A stretch of DNA of 64,000 bases from Clostridia bacterium (GTDB lineage: Bacteria; Bacillota; Clostridia; Christensenellales; UBA1242), in assembly GCA_017467625.1 (NCBI GenBank), contig JAFUSN010000003.1, positions 257,378 to 321,377 of the forward strand, read 5' to 3'. The position numbers and the translations under genes were made by a program. Each line of letters starts with the position of its first letter. The stretch's first letter is position 1. Shown here one piece after another: positions 28,201 through 30,494 of this stretch. The notes beneath the pieces are model-generated. The model was not told where the DNA came from and did no database searches. It saw only the letters and a program-made list of their open reading frames with translations.

Positions 28201-30398
28201 AGAGTGTTTACAACATTTCAAGTTTAAATGTTAATAATTATTTAAGTGATTACACGAAATATATTGATATATTTAATGATGGTCAATACCGAGTTTCCCT
28301 TAAAAAGAATTTATTCACTTTAAATATTGATGAATATTCTTTTGATAGTTCAGCATTTTCAAACAATATAACCGAAATAAGAAGTGCTGAGTCAATTATT
28401 GGAAATGCAGGAAAATACACAGCTTCTATGACTTTCAAAACTGTTACAATTAATGGCGAAATTAAGTATAATATTATGATTAGAATTAAGATTGGATATA
28501 ATTCAACTGGTTCACTTCCAATTGTTTCAATTGAAGGACATAACAATGTTTCTGACACAACTAATTACAATTTAAATTTTGTTGGTCAATCCTCATCATA
28601 TGACCGATTGATTAAATATTCTGATAATAATTCAGTTACTGAAACAGTTTCTGGGACTGATACAATTTATAAACCGATAAATTTAATTGAAAAAGTTGGA
28701 ACAAAATATAAACCAGATGCAGCAGCTGAAAAAATTACAGATACATATTTTTCAGACAAATCTACATCAGAAGGCTATTTCCAAAATATTTATACTAGTG
28801 CAATGCATTCAGATGAAAGTTCAAGAATTCCAAATCTTAATTTGAAAATTCAGTTAATTTATAGTCATCAAATTAAAGCAATTGATGCGACTGTTGCAAT
28901 AAACACAAACAACAATGTTGAATTTGGATATGATTATAAAAAATCTGCACAATCAATTGATTTGATTAACAAAACTCAAAATGAACTTTGGTATAAAACA
29001 TTTGATAGTAAAGCCACTAATGAAATTACAAGTTCATCATTACTCTACAGTAATGTTCTCCTTTCACAAAAAGCAAAGGAAGCTCAGTTAAATGAAAAGA
29101 AAACTTCAGTTTCAGAAGCTAAAATTTCTGGATGGATGATTGAGCATTATTATGTTTACCTAATTAAAGATGCTTATCATATTATGAACTTATTACATGA
29201 AATTCTTCATTACTTAACAGACGAAGCAAAAAATGAAGCTGAAGCAACTCGAGCAATGAACTATCAACTTTACATATTGAACTACGATCCAGAAATGTAT
29301 AATGAACAAGATTATGTATTCTCTGATTCATATTCAGAAACAGAACGAAAGTATTCAGAATTATATTCATTCATTGAATCAAATATATCAAATATGCGTC
29401 GTAACAACAGATCAAAATATGAAAACTTATATAATGACTTACCTTCACCAAATAGTCTTAACACAAGCACTCAAGGTGTAAGTAATGCTTCATATATGAA
29501 AGTTCGCAAGATTGATATATTTAGCTCATATAAACGAGGTGTAGATGTAAACTTTATCCAAAATTATTTCACTCAAAATGATTTAGTAATTACCTCACTT
29601 GCTCAAAAAGAAAAATTCCAGCATGAAGTTCAAGAAAGAGGCGCTATTTTGGGAAATCCAGACTGGAATGTTCCATGGAGAGGATATCAAGGATATTCAT
29701 ATTACGATAATGCAACTGCATTCATTAGTGCCAGCTTAACCACTCCAACATATAAATCTGACGCATTCTCTGCTGCTGACTTCTCTGATGGTGCAGCTAG
29801 CAATCCAACACTTGTTAATATTTATAAAGCTCAACAACAAGAGGGTGGAAACAATCCTTTTGCAGTAAATTTATTTGTAAGCTTAGTTGGAACCTACCTA
29901 ATGATTGAAGCTAATGATTTTTCAGGAACATCTAGTTCGAAAGGAAATGGAACTGAAATAAATCAAATTACATCGACAATTTATATCAATTCATATCAAC
30001 TTCCAAAACACGATGGCAGTGATTCAAATATGGGATATCAAGTTGGAGAGTCTCGTGCAGACTTTTCTAAAGAAGGTGGAAATATTAGAAATCGCTCAGT
30101 GTCATTTAACTACTCACTCAACCAATTCTACACAATAACCCTTGTCGATATTGCATCTTCATTATTAGTACCTTGGCCACTTTCAGTACTTGTTAAACAG
30201 CAATATCATACAAATGATTCAGCTGATGCAAATGCTCAAGCACTAGCTTCGCTCATTCCAATTCCTGGTCTTGATAGCTATGTTGCTTCATTACTAAGAA
30301 CTGATTTCAGCGCCAGTGTGACAAAACTTGTTAAATCTTTAATGAGCGAAGGTGCTGTATGTATCTATGGCTTGAATTGCAACATAAGAATAGCATAG
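1131..30398 (+). CDS. Giant surface lipoprotein (9,755 aa) with divergent InlB-B / Listeria-Bacteroides-type repeat domains and a distinct C-terminal domain
   Basis: One open frame of 9,756 codons in strongly AT-rich DNA. Every other frame across the interval is broken into pieces of 91 aa or less (ORF track). ATG is preceded by an SD and the N-terminus is a lipoprotein signal. The body is N/S/T/Y/I/D-rich and Cys-poor. Recurrent domain-junction signatures include LEAIPNSGYRFENWY, IKCIPNEGYTFVGLY, LAPNVNYTFVGLY, NYLFTGWW, KYLFTGWW and EYKFNGWY. There are at least 15 'h-x-A-x-[FY]' domain ends (IYAKF, FEARF, IDARF, LIAKF, IIAQF, VVAKF...). TAG stop at 30396..30398 is followed by an intrinsic terminator. 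The family assignment is by motif recognition only. Confidence 0.9.
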   Translation: MVKSNLIGKNIIKTIARSFVLLFVCFASLFLAACGKTSSSDSGFDAYGRYRLNQPNITYYRETTDGKVNQYTGSFYVPLEFYLNKTLSEQIEHKRNRLGLSASADVDFIKDYDQVGSLAIDDSWGQFDSTNYSYSDYLFWVDGIVYQIHVTVDFSKLVRHVGSTSSRYFNLSNYIEATDDLDNIFHYSYRIGNEGIWKDASTIISTVYYTRRGTDQYDFVSGSISNKTISFDHCFYMGFNPFLENGSINRRIRVKAIPNFDVTLNPSASSLSLGLDYHSSSVYRGDSIFSKTVIYDAYKLNFESYSPNSAYLDYGQISYNEDNPSFYFYNVNKTYSSATKKSYITGVSGFFPAGRVVEVEREFDNTLTSSNYAYASWTANKKQVNSLFNENTIHRDKSVSNYSESQFENYDKGYHALFGADSAFNVFAVKSYNALSDVYGKITSNSLSSHVVENLNGRTSKIYVETSADYNNYIFYANFVKIDNFSITGTIFDAEKILNSSENLLSDVKYQKIKVSSDGSTNMLANGNVTDGQVVFAGLNFGESVLLSKQFIEDDENVVEYNFYGQYVSDLTIGNISVSSIKNTVAKKEYLTGTIITSATGYKIYMKPDDVSFVYANTSFYIDGNRVFDQDKNEFFNFTVEPVYKTFDLIGISIMGTRYDSESSLVVGVKAYDGRRDYPIVDPTELGISYEVIKSVNSFVDSLGYVTTTAYVSVVLPADISLQKYNVITNNFTTASIYENNNSSYNQILALSTNVNGIQKNEYYYLTESEINSRFITTLSGGILIYNNVVYSYSVKNFNADKTYYHYNSSESDDILIRVTDSTQTKYILLKLEKIHYSTDSSAVNYLQTGASSAESNYKLICEGFETKAGADAALSAHNAKQNVDYAYLIYNGYIYFSYNQENSLSSTEEANFGVMPTTTISTGITAKQDFTTGYSNVINFSDTSSKIVKNQAITEGITTYPFSGSYDKWNISADILDKYFYTVEMKYSPEISEAEQEFILESKYSEHVLDEYNDGNGPFYTIIMNNQPYYIVSSESNSRYEIYMTYDYTKSTQKFNTRIGIFAKSGDKQIFTHSNDENDQDDVTEHTIFDSYKSVELLLQDGKPNKIKFTRECAKYNEQELYLNNDIKEFYATFTCFGEPIDLEKEFGIVRHEIKNEKLVLTRKSVKIGETIYYIDLNSRFLFTDFKCVTELNTSDKIVFSYNDSNELKIEFTNTFTTYIEFSYNGKTYRIINSSLDFYELSDATGGYVPVTSITYYDVKIDMSTGSFSCKFGSDLKTKVSTSHSITLEKGENNIVDSLKKLTDEKIIGKNNKVTRDSSEYVIGAYGLIKATKYFGGRTNTSIISVAYPTEMQLLAFQIGEEYYYLNQVQDGTTTKFELYANAYFHINETTSAKEKVYVDKFTNEAKLNDSAFIRSSIVYYFNSNEFKTINVPGVPGNSIDVFDLYTDMVASTVNLYSNEDTHGVLLRINSKYYYATNGSGSNTDSTLQYKSRQYLYNTSNEIVASGNDSNRQIYKIYQINKHNNEFLLRLNIQLGAKLTHDDLNLTANNIHFPINTYSGLKSTDWFDIDENKGEEFQYNAKESSIYAFYDVEAVRVLSGGSFVTKYYLTTPIASETTFNGTSILVYNYFISNLNELFGIQVIRGSQIAQNRDFYSSYYSILGGNLDLNKYYYVKELSEPADIEIFQEASAQKNSKVPYLLENYIDADGNEHTDKVYTKTKLISQPQFRDQSNAVITSLPPVKNGEISNILEQTDNEKISFTLGAPSGTLYTSTGAEYNFTNAETTTGRSYAIVSNINQGDDNTQDPLTAYGFDQGNFILETNQNDTFVKNNVYYHINIDETDYWLGIMLSYTLYICQSGANRPTAVEMYVDQIGNCYVVSRTERNAVYLKQLVTSKDEPIMFKDLYTSISDDTASTLNKNYLFGTYTDENNIFECESKYYILINGIYYTYNKDNGKFETTTPPHNFEANKIEVSEKQDIGVVYKNSNDNKFYYCLPNGKVYTTNNFTTRFTLNKYYYSNGSIHYNSGYKRDDYNQDQANGLQLFTLTNYTYDPESRQLFDGSGNFSGLFVQSASVMNLVDGESVSAIRVVYDYFTEQYYFFNQNQGLIYNEKNLMEKDSIEYKESNGSYGYLQNGICNNINFYYVSQEDKFIFRPSTKYYTFVNYSITAYFENIGSTTADDVKWIQSSAYPLYENGSNKSLIQAITMHSDTEITYWKEPTFKNQLSRNVNTKYIDVGTSSQYVISKNPSSSSRVITLLGKRKVIDNNENTLDYSSYSMLIPTVKESPILDINTAYFDVDYTSKDNITEGFPGVKLLDGIPYVNPMFVFNVYHKQGTPAYIDLAFLVNNGYYVEIINNIRQDGNSKLTTDFTTINFKSTAENLSTGDYVDKLYYIVDNTKYEPILAYRKVTPAEQLTAVTFTTYYNKYRDDSSSYKSIYIPNFEYINLTSDEKSMYYGLVKDGDFYYQLNTTALKFNDIAINDGDDSETLYFDDATIFDNDKVVYSDIVYRFINGNFSPLTANECAIWETSTVAIKDIPYLDVHTYKQDNNTGLIYLSSDVVNSDVNTICNGLTGIDTNITTANSNDVNYDNVIVAGITNAYKVSTNEISSFGDNLYGYWLDKSIHLLDITKSQNTFLKCGSESVVLTASPLISFDGEIYYKLKEWKVYVRENSERIRELGNDYINDLIGTYRNNAICIFSSDVSGYYLFLPVYEKVYTMSMATEVISGSLNVGGSISIKSSENSVDIDEENYQENLYFIDPIPGYDSTINISSYIFFTGNFNDGNPIFAPLNLDNNNLVMRSPNANNSIAIISFIDSGKANVFVYKIKQQNEVLSEGEPCFIEITNTNGMYRFSYNRNGYALSNANVLYTNRPFVQTTYTDKNGQSRIGYTYAPSTLNSSISTYNARITNVLTYTYKYTKDGTEHNVMLLNNNFYTVPESIISSIGLNEPGDGTTELEIDRDNILSLLDSSIAKLVIKKFNVAQNSKDDSVNGYYSNTEKNLSTGELYADENGNIHTTLQYKTNYYYRDSEILLEAIPNSGYRFENWYFARFDETYGWTVSDKTVLDELNNSYVDEIIKTEFATNSAATTYKLDYKGHYPSGEQYDLTYTISRYDSDIVFSNNMQKVPNSVKSNYYGIFANLGTSRSHPNFVRVYQIENNPSALYYDEHGAIPVQLSDFTIQLNSFEELWSHNYIGYMNFYDAIKITYQYDSDGNINERWTRVGTGDSYTVSTTKFTFNGETIYPVYTYNTTTLNYDIAYYRSNESGNFYVDENNALHIYKLHSNVRVVAKFIETYKAFIFNETEDESGISIEAIYYYNEDESKTVIRTSANGSNLTALDTPLKTAAVSKNYFGATDTSETYPFNVTKDSSATPAKTLFDNVNNKDTSFYEALYSKNDRDRFESIAGVNNFTGSFERNAYAMLRNGKDNQQSLSLKNYYFDVGTTLFLLIRLQAEKQITIHSLGLNQNYTLNFVMEPNSDVVKSLKGSDNIEYVYYVLKVTFDRNMEQTDGITTNAGNENPEYVLHPDRSKNLSIDVLSGNNLSFYDSLYDLYFGLSASKDSDINLSQNNYLNFNIDSNEYKVKIAFNKALNYTYANAFSYSKTMAESLYNQMLMHDNSLITRLVSTWSTIEDKTIVKTFNKNTFIFDFNDYLDESSTTTEVYKAIKSYFIEAFNKVYLAQESNNANYNFTKSISTLEILLNELFKKIDNSINVNVINSPKFDDLYYYMTVTGKIHVGTVFVDYIVAVMNDDLGAYTKSIIQSLKYETFDKLSDFITRVNQVIYSAIYKRDAFKIKYAKLSESYSKIYNMNNSHASADSNTEEELSSIPTIFNSIKKYQGNIYDDGGNWRSGNVYKFGGPFRSGILNYINLSSVNVYTVSVSTTVIDSITTKSENNDGQEIETLSVDKFISSSNNFDENPYYALANSIYTAGGVATSLGKLTYIGSAHQIDLAGPNVVTYVDGYNKVNRFETKFEDSQNENLYAESTNSTGFNNSSYGDMTFAEYSIVLWEGLDVDESKGIKDFTIFNNTDQSEEYDVYIRDNEYYIYSSDHKTVYIVSGTTVDSSTLFDDIVNYITNAYTFSGWYVQTQNNDNNIWSNFELFSTSLHRPFISAITTNINIVAVFSALTNVKISYNPNELNVSFASSLDSRGMLTQTNYITSEYYSISGWFNFVSDVLVQVSPVGGFRLGGKDGLYSVISSSNSTLAKFDLNSTSNPFGFMKYTSGSLVNVRNSQISLTEVNYFDVNLANYMKKCGKFVSNNNIKAESILDIFLESEFVVLTYFKVDDYFGIRTSDSGDDGYQTRVILYEEEIANPSNRTTLLMTKLGNTTNSLQYEVEPQRDNANNEIICRAVDGSTSLEFYGYFDRDKYTGSSATHRLIACVNTPNKSSQEYNAWMINGTNNGYPEVSNGYTIEGHPISGAKAEQEIKFFFNDESINNDYLLSSDNHVIHLHARKATKSALTIQEEFWAVNNGSLQKEETVTHSIPISFVYNIKYMEDGTLNGNFVYNQISPKTYEFTTEANDGTASGFIARAIINETYRYVYDGANYYMFVGFKVSTNHNEVISTQMMYTFNEAPDGTLTAIYIKILPIEINITSGGDYNITISCDAFTNVYRDISVSEIGIATNNYEEIENTFNFVLYGSRVEIRPIASANYELSYAAATKGGVNDPSVSVNSPNKVISNYNEKYTFSYGFSTTNIITIKQYLLSSTSQSSLASLYTDEYFTFLSKDELTNDQIINYISDINNKTTLNIANGGDFYIYFLINSSKSITGIYSNGKLLLSASDVSLIDSQDVGDGYSIKKIKYSSYNDSFVSGDISLDIRFSTIVSLRTEIVGIGLKSGSYPYETVFDESIYQDGRYIVASLGDENLYLTPSTNVTNGVEIAAGDNVNFNLNVLYNSKYSFVYYYYYAKYQLPEEKDGYYEIKIGNHTYLLKKTSNNTIEEPLYIGSTDATGQLVLLESGLYAKPELYVEGSTKYAMLETKIGNTPIASLIVDANMLSNMINDNLTIYAKFSEITTVNISKNITIHTDDLSYYDNLSTRNEFFNFFNAKIKYTNASRTVIEETLTYDIFEHSYKTITIAKDSEITITPYISSHVVNRYIPADVLEVKAGGTTRHNANLESNNFVIQTKIPTLISYTILDMTLNFLSSYTVTIERTINGQKLNSQVSSLTTPTQLMPLINVSSVTEYSNIKGTSFTETVFLSTHNSYTKVNDLSFVRNYQNDYATLTYPINGTPINYTTQTVSTSINLPSDTQIENLLFDGWYLNGILYSTKDTIKLPINEVSTDGLILIYQTNGEQKTIVQLVELTFDSTNNRYKFEYNSSTYYIDLTDNLENFTGSIVNESNAFNYIYIPSDNITLTAAYSTYTKVSYQTNPTTETGDNLVQATLTGNLLGIVSNNSSITSEVGSYSLVYDEIDVTNRYENIFTSKLSSSKEYLGEYRLISTIDSYLIDNYHAAYVLSGSNLLITAGHLIGYRVIGYQYTGRRITVSSRINASGEIIYSYGITPFTTPISIESVSENNSMGYLTIGNNELFTDITITVLYEKVYEVSTVVSTIGEYDDDKIATAAPGGSIEISSYNSNNDIDVSDGTFYSDTYDVIRIKCIPNEGYTFVGLYLNGKYLGANELTFDTYNYEKIIDIIPDNLGFAENNRQSIVFEARFAKNVDFSIRIEINNSSSVKEIFDRYGITKENHSTGLNINVKLQSIYDSISYGSSTDEFNMESATDLQTNVWETPITKVKQGHAYDSSLEYFTDPNGENIYTYSPADSANWTTLQTATEGNALYVRDNRYLIMNFTVAYGTYVQLSVPETDNNQIRLSSGTSIYYKGWHLYRPSLHEHPVITDNNMLEFFATHDYYSSTMEFVAVFNTDSSSHSTDTHAIAEFIDETSNTLLRTMNPDNIDISNYNNGILTISGNNYLFTGWWNRILDSSRPTTDILISNNFLEYINKDLPRVNNLIAKFVKINPISITLPTPQSGYITTNLTYRYFYTATSVTDNRVQIVTSDSDERFKLTFNVPVDTYLSSTKTYAYSGHYYTINNSGTRNNYASYTIPTEQRLNNTIGTRYSPNVVYYAVQNSTIYYLDLVNRKAYTEVYVDGNSIAFRNEYTEITFTASSVKFGTIERSIETGQYVIIENNIHFLAYDKLYADLFYVNESSLANYRVSNSIVIHNENNANISIGLSTFESVKKAGYNYNVESDYDHLSIINGGHTISYIVTTVEDDGHYGSIYDNTAGGSISSIKIRTTGGTNSTSQYIYSATYPILEITLAPNVNYTFVGLYINDKYVQNSYNNLNLIIDLSLYDTDLVIDARFSKNISIEYRLSVGRNDSRAYIYDDLKIINNELALSGTISNVYNSINATFGDDIEFGSSIVFSDIDIKQSAEALSYIITVPYGTRLTFSTERTTIHSQLGAEYKFNGWYVFENGIITTNTPVTSSPTFTVYAVNDSDGNSLSFVADYEIDANTPGSLSEISNIELYTSTSTTPLTFSEIEFNSRYKRNNPNASIVTIEGKKYLFTGWWQVIRDDYKIFVSNIVNATSLPNRRIGRYVELTDITIKFSEKSAISIEANLHQAFSYIQSTTLSSSMLNARIDSESNTFVVTTTINSALTNVRVKAHNSYYFRNTEPNEYGNYPYDITSIYLDRIDDEFVISTNIAEIADVYMRYSKIYSGDDEFAYNVEHEIQEDKLVVFVQNNANSFKVSIVAQNISKTEANSKATASSMIYIASTNIHSPSLSQIQSLESSVKTVYINGQTVFILNNTIYESLEAYKTYYDLSKQIIPNLTGYSIVTLSGTYYLTNSNTFVDNDNNLIDNSIVFGASDAVIVMDYTVNSSNPYTLYVYSSVSSKYRLIEPIGANNVVCQIRNTETNENLTLPISFNAPDKFYSVYTKLNISLVKEYRKESFVGFKILYDNGKSILYDAKTYGYSFSIVVTESITIIAQFEDAVNTQDHTNYDETTVPDINYGSSVVFGDGDESQDEYPVTLYTAQEGYYIQLITIYTVDINGDQVIYQFDFDLKTNLFNPNGNIPSGISVVGDDESKVQDSFGQFFYKSVKVAAPENATVETLTYKIYTLNITITQNEVGSWPQITMLYPHDYLQNNIYNTPRYVQYQGIINNDTLLEYIKNNLLDGTRDYELGTGFNFSNTLVTAGTSSRFIDGFYTMSIDNASNYVSNVLPKLDGNTSDVDASGKFTKYFIQISTNSPVSYSLRYNFQTQGKIRVYVHPYYYDTNESTNYNPNLEQSLILPSVDEREFVTNSIHVGNKEDINGNIQLDDSITYELNKNDYEHRGNTGSSEIKGVWYYEISYYFSDPLSLYFDSQYLSFDKFYYYDTNNNKQYLSRSYYEEEYKVNNMNPLTLKTNNSSLTMSYDEYLKILAVTRKDVDPKLITSESMINSLTPDESVLVLHCDAKEDIKSTILKFDFNQPTINLSFRMNDDTYTSTVDASYSNGNQKTVTLSADNGKEYSITIQSYELNESYYMRLIYSKELIANNANFTINLKNFIPKDQYKGTVLNSENSKIKIFETDTATYKFNNAYCTNTTQTININNEIDQSPKISFVLGDTFSDSNEINIETRLMNKILLANDKSNAGLINISISKPDKSINDNPVIISNETTTDYANYVLAYAETNSVVRVFAEHPNRYMFNSNLTSSLSSIIDVIEGRSTSYSYNETWATQTISTMKSIATLTTSPSTVNQQYTYVPNSNAAFLVDYYGCDSEIQPTKIVGIIAPGNASSFIPSGDDSIITTISSYESGFNFIIEITKLESETSVSYKQQINGEYYSATQVIEENGKLYTTNKDDSKVAIYSIPKFENTTIKMFLNDPQVKQYILLVSANLNKTLIRTGIFYQMILPELETSVEIDYVTERTIDEYDVAEYSSTSVLYTLNTSASFTTAGSYDPNETYFQASTKTAPVHGMTLDYLGKTYYIVGNSTYESITLDNGEISTPLSTPINTSLNALKLLPHYEYDNYYVVALRLGYYYSHVSLENRTFYYGYKNTSSEEPKFYEIINGNFVEKSSVLSPNSDLSISFFEDDVLYTLLIDKVKVIKRDMITINSESLSISIKADIYNSEYKEYTRSLTGELVQLDESNSSNNNDIFLKLIQERELEVRSLVYNDQKYYINNEFQTLVIYKEIELMNEVTEFTYEIDPSNDKFIIIHDSDDNTNTVETQLEKQMLTSVQYQKQNYFVYENKLYISYPYNEESVVDFEYNIYPVKITYNNFDYIRETASADETITYVSQVNNNRITYNTRTQLVTNEVDDITDSAEISKVKYVYIDNNEIETSLVVNKASSELSLNSRLSIEHPSSKSTNLTLKSITASAPQGYIIKGFVVASNYELASANSLWISYRVDEGAQLFGLQGEDYYSRFKYYNLYQIAYDDLSSNSDMPSASNATITMNNNEVTVELNLDMKLFGEYQVYAIYSPIIYEINYNLINIHEIINSDTDGTEYAYKDNFIETYYSNKIFEQDPTVGYVKGQVIVSNGRDTSLRVYSNAGSKYVGHSVAKDSPSTTIETFYAGSAEELEDAQLTILSNDIYNSSYSIIAPDSSVEVDDTRLNVYGSVNKANHIKIQDITNNVKLYLFFNSITYALDIQITESENGVYFNNNYESDYYLSYSQELTRTENFNHTNEIIKSDDNIKNIQTIYQNGNLLSQEEDKTLFDDNKGYYRISDELYKNISSTDPLVYTIFDNYGNLITTQEKLNSTDSSTISKYNNYIEKITPTPILSKTIDFEMSRKVGFLVYNSTSEYGNRSYFVPSLYVLYSSSNTVPQSLSLVPNGPFEYYVDKNGNYYVQRTINMYYIKRVSAEGSIDNPYLDPTISVEGYGNGNTISTSVYFRAIPYTAYEIYAEYGDEFVENEINKSKGLQIYQSKNIDKTITEDVVSFSLDRSVRTTISTNVAGESITANNTYIYSIFNLNKSANSNEYTYIDGYVNHVPIDEIELHTIGTFTYLTHKTPLEKNGRTYYLAVSATPKEIGTDGDDWWINYTTSYIDRILSYYNDDKNNVVYKEQYEKYAKTLIFGTDFDTALANKSVYNISSLNVNNYLSDYTKYIDIFNDGQYRVSLKKNLFTLNIDEYSFDSSAFSNNITEIRSAESIIGNAGKYTASMTFKTVTINGEIKYNIMIRIKIGYNSTGSLPIVSIEGHNNVSDTTNYNLNFVGQSSSYDRLIKYSDNNSVTETVSGTDTIYKPINLIEKVGTKYKPDAAAEKITDTYFSDKSTSEGYFQNIYTSAMHSDESSRIPNLNLKIQLIYSHQIKAIDATVAINTNNNVEFGYDYKKSAQSIDLINKTQNELWYKTFDSKATNEITSSSLLYSNVLLSQKAKEAQLNEKKTSVSEAKISGWMIEHYYVYLIKDAYHIMNLLHEILHYLTDEAKNEAEATRAMNYQLYILNYDPEMYNEQDYVFSDSYSETERKYSELYSFIESNISNMRRNNRSKYENLYNDLPSPNSLNTSTQGVSNASYMKVRKIDIFSSYKRGVDVNFIQNYFTQNDLVITSLAQKEKFQHEVQERGAILGNPDWNVPWRGYQGYSYYDNATAFISASLTTPTYKSDAFSAADFSDGAASNPTLVNIYKAQQQEGGNNPFAVNLFVSLVGTYLMIEANDFSGTSSSKGNGTEINQITSTIYINSYQLPKHDGSDSNMGYQVGESRADFSKEGGNIRNRSVSFNYSLNQFYTITLVDIASSLLVPWPLSVLVKQQYHTNDSADANAQALASLIPIPGLDSYVASLLRTDFSASVTKLVKSLMSEGAVCIYGLNCNIRIA
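17766..19240 (+). repeat. Internal paralogous segment A of giant gene 1 (coding repeat)
   Basis: Collinear with 19757..20990 through shared landmarks: GGSIE/GGSIS, PNEGYTFVGLYLNGKY vs PNVNYTFVGLYINDKY, ARFAKNVDF vs ARFSKNISI, YYKGWHLY vs YKFNGWYVF, NNYLFTGWWNRI vs KKYLFTGWWQVI, LIAKFVKINPISI vs ITIKFSEKSAISI. Confidence 0.7.
19757..20990 (+). repeat. Internal paralogous segment B of giant gene 1 (coding repeat)
   Basis: See segment A. Offset is about 1.98 kb at the 5' landmarks and about 1.78 kb at the YLFTGWW landmark (18891 vs 20670), so copy B carries deletions relative to A. Confidence 0.7.
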
Positions 30399-30412
30399 TG
30401 ATGAGCCTTAAT

Positions 30413-30448
30413 AAAAAACCAATCTTTTGATTGGTTTTTTGTTTTTTT
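30413..30448 (+). terminator. Rho-independent terminator of giant gene 1
   Basis: AAAAAACCAATC-tttt-GATTGGTTTTTT: perfect 12-bp stem, 4-nt loop, then G + T7. It starts 15 nt after the TAG stop. Confidence 0.8.
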
Positions 30449-30460
30449 ATTATTATTTAT

Positions 30461-30488
30461 TTGTAATTAATTTTAAAATTGTTATAAT
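30461..30488 (+). promoter_or_regulatory. Sigma-70-type promoter with extended -10, positioned for a leaderless transcript of the 30495 gene
   Basis: TTGTAA (30461..30466), 16-nt spacer, TGtTATAAT (30480..30488). The ATG at 30495 is the 7th nt after the -10. The only SD-like element (AAGG) is 1 nt from the ATG, too close to function. Confidence 0.55.
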
Positions 30489-30494
30489 TAAGGT

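Noticed and set aside
1636-29370. About 30 short ORFs (60-91 aa) on both strands nested inside giant gene 1 (e.g. 1636..1821, 4901..5155, 16484..16756, 28283..28558).
   Set aside because: All lie in alternative frames of a 29-kb ORF that has a start, SD, signal peptide and terminator. Their translations are low-complexity (L/I/F/K/M-rich) with no SDs or motifs. They are frame-shadow artefacts.
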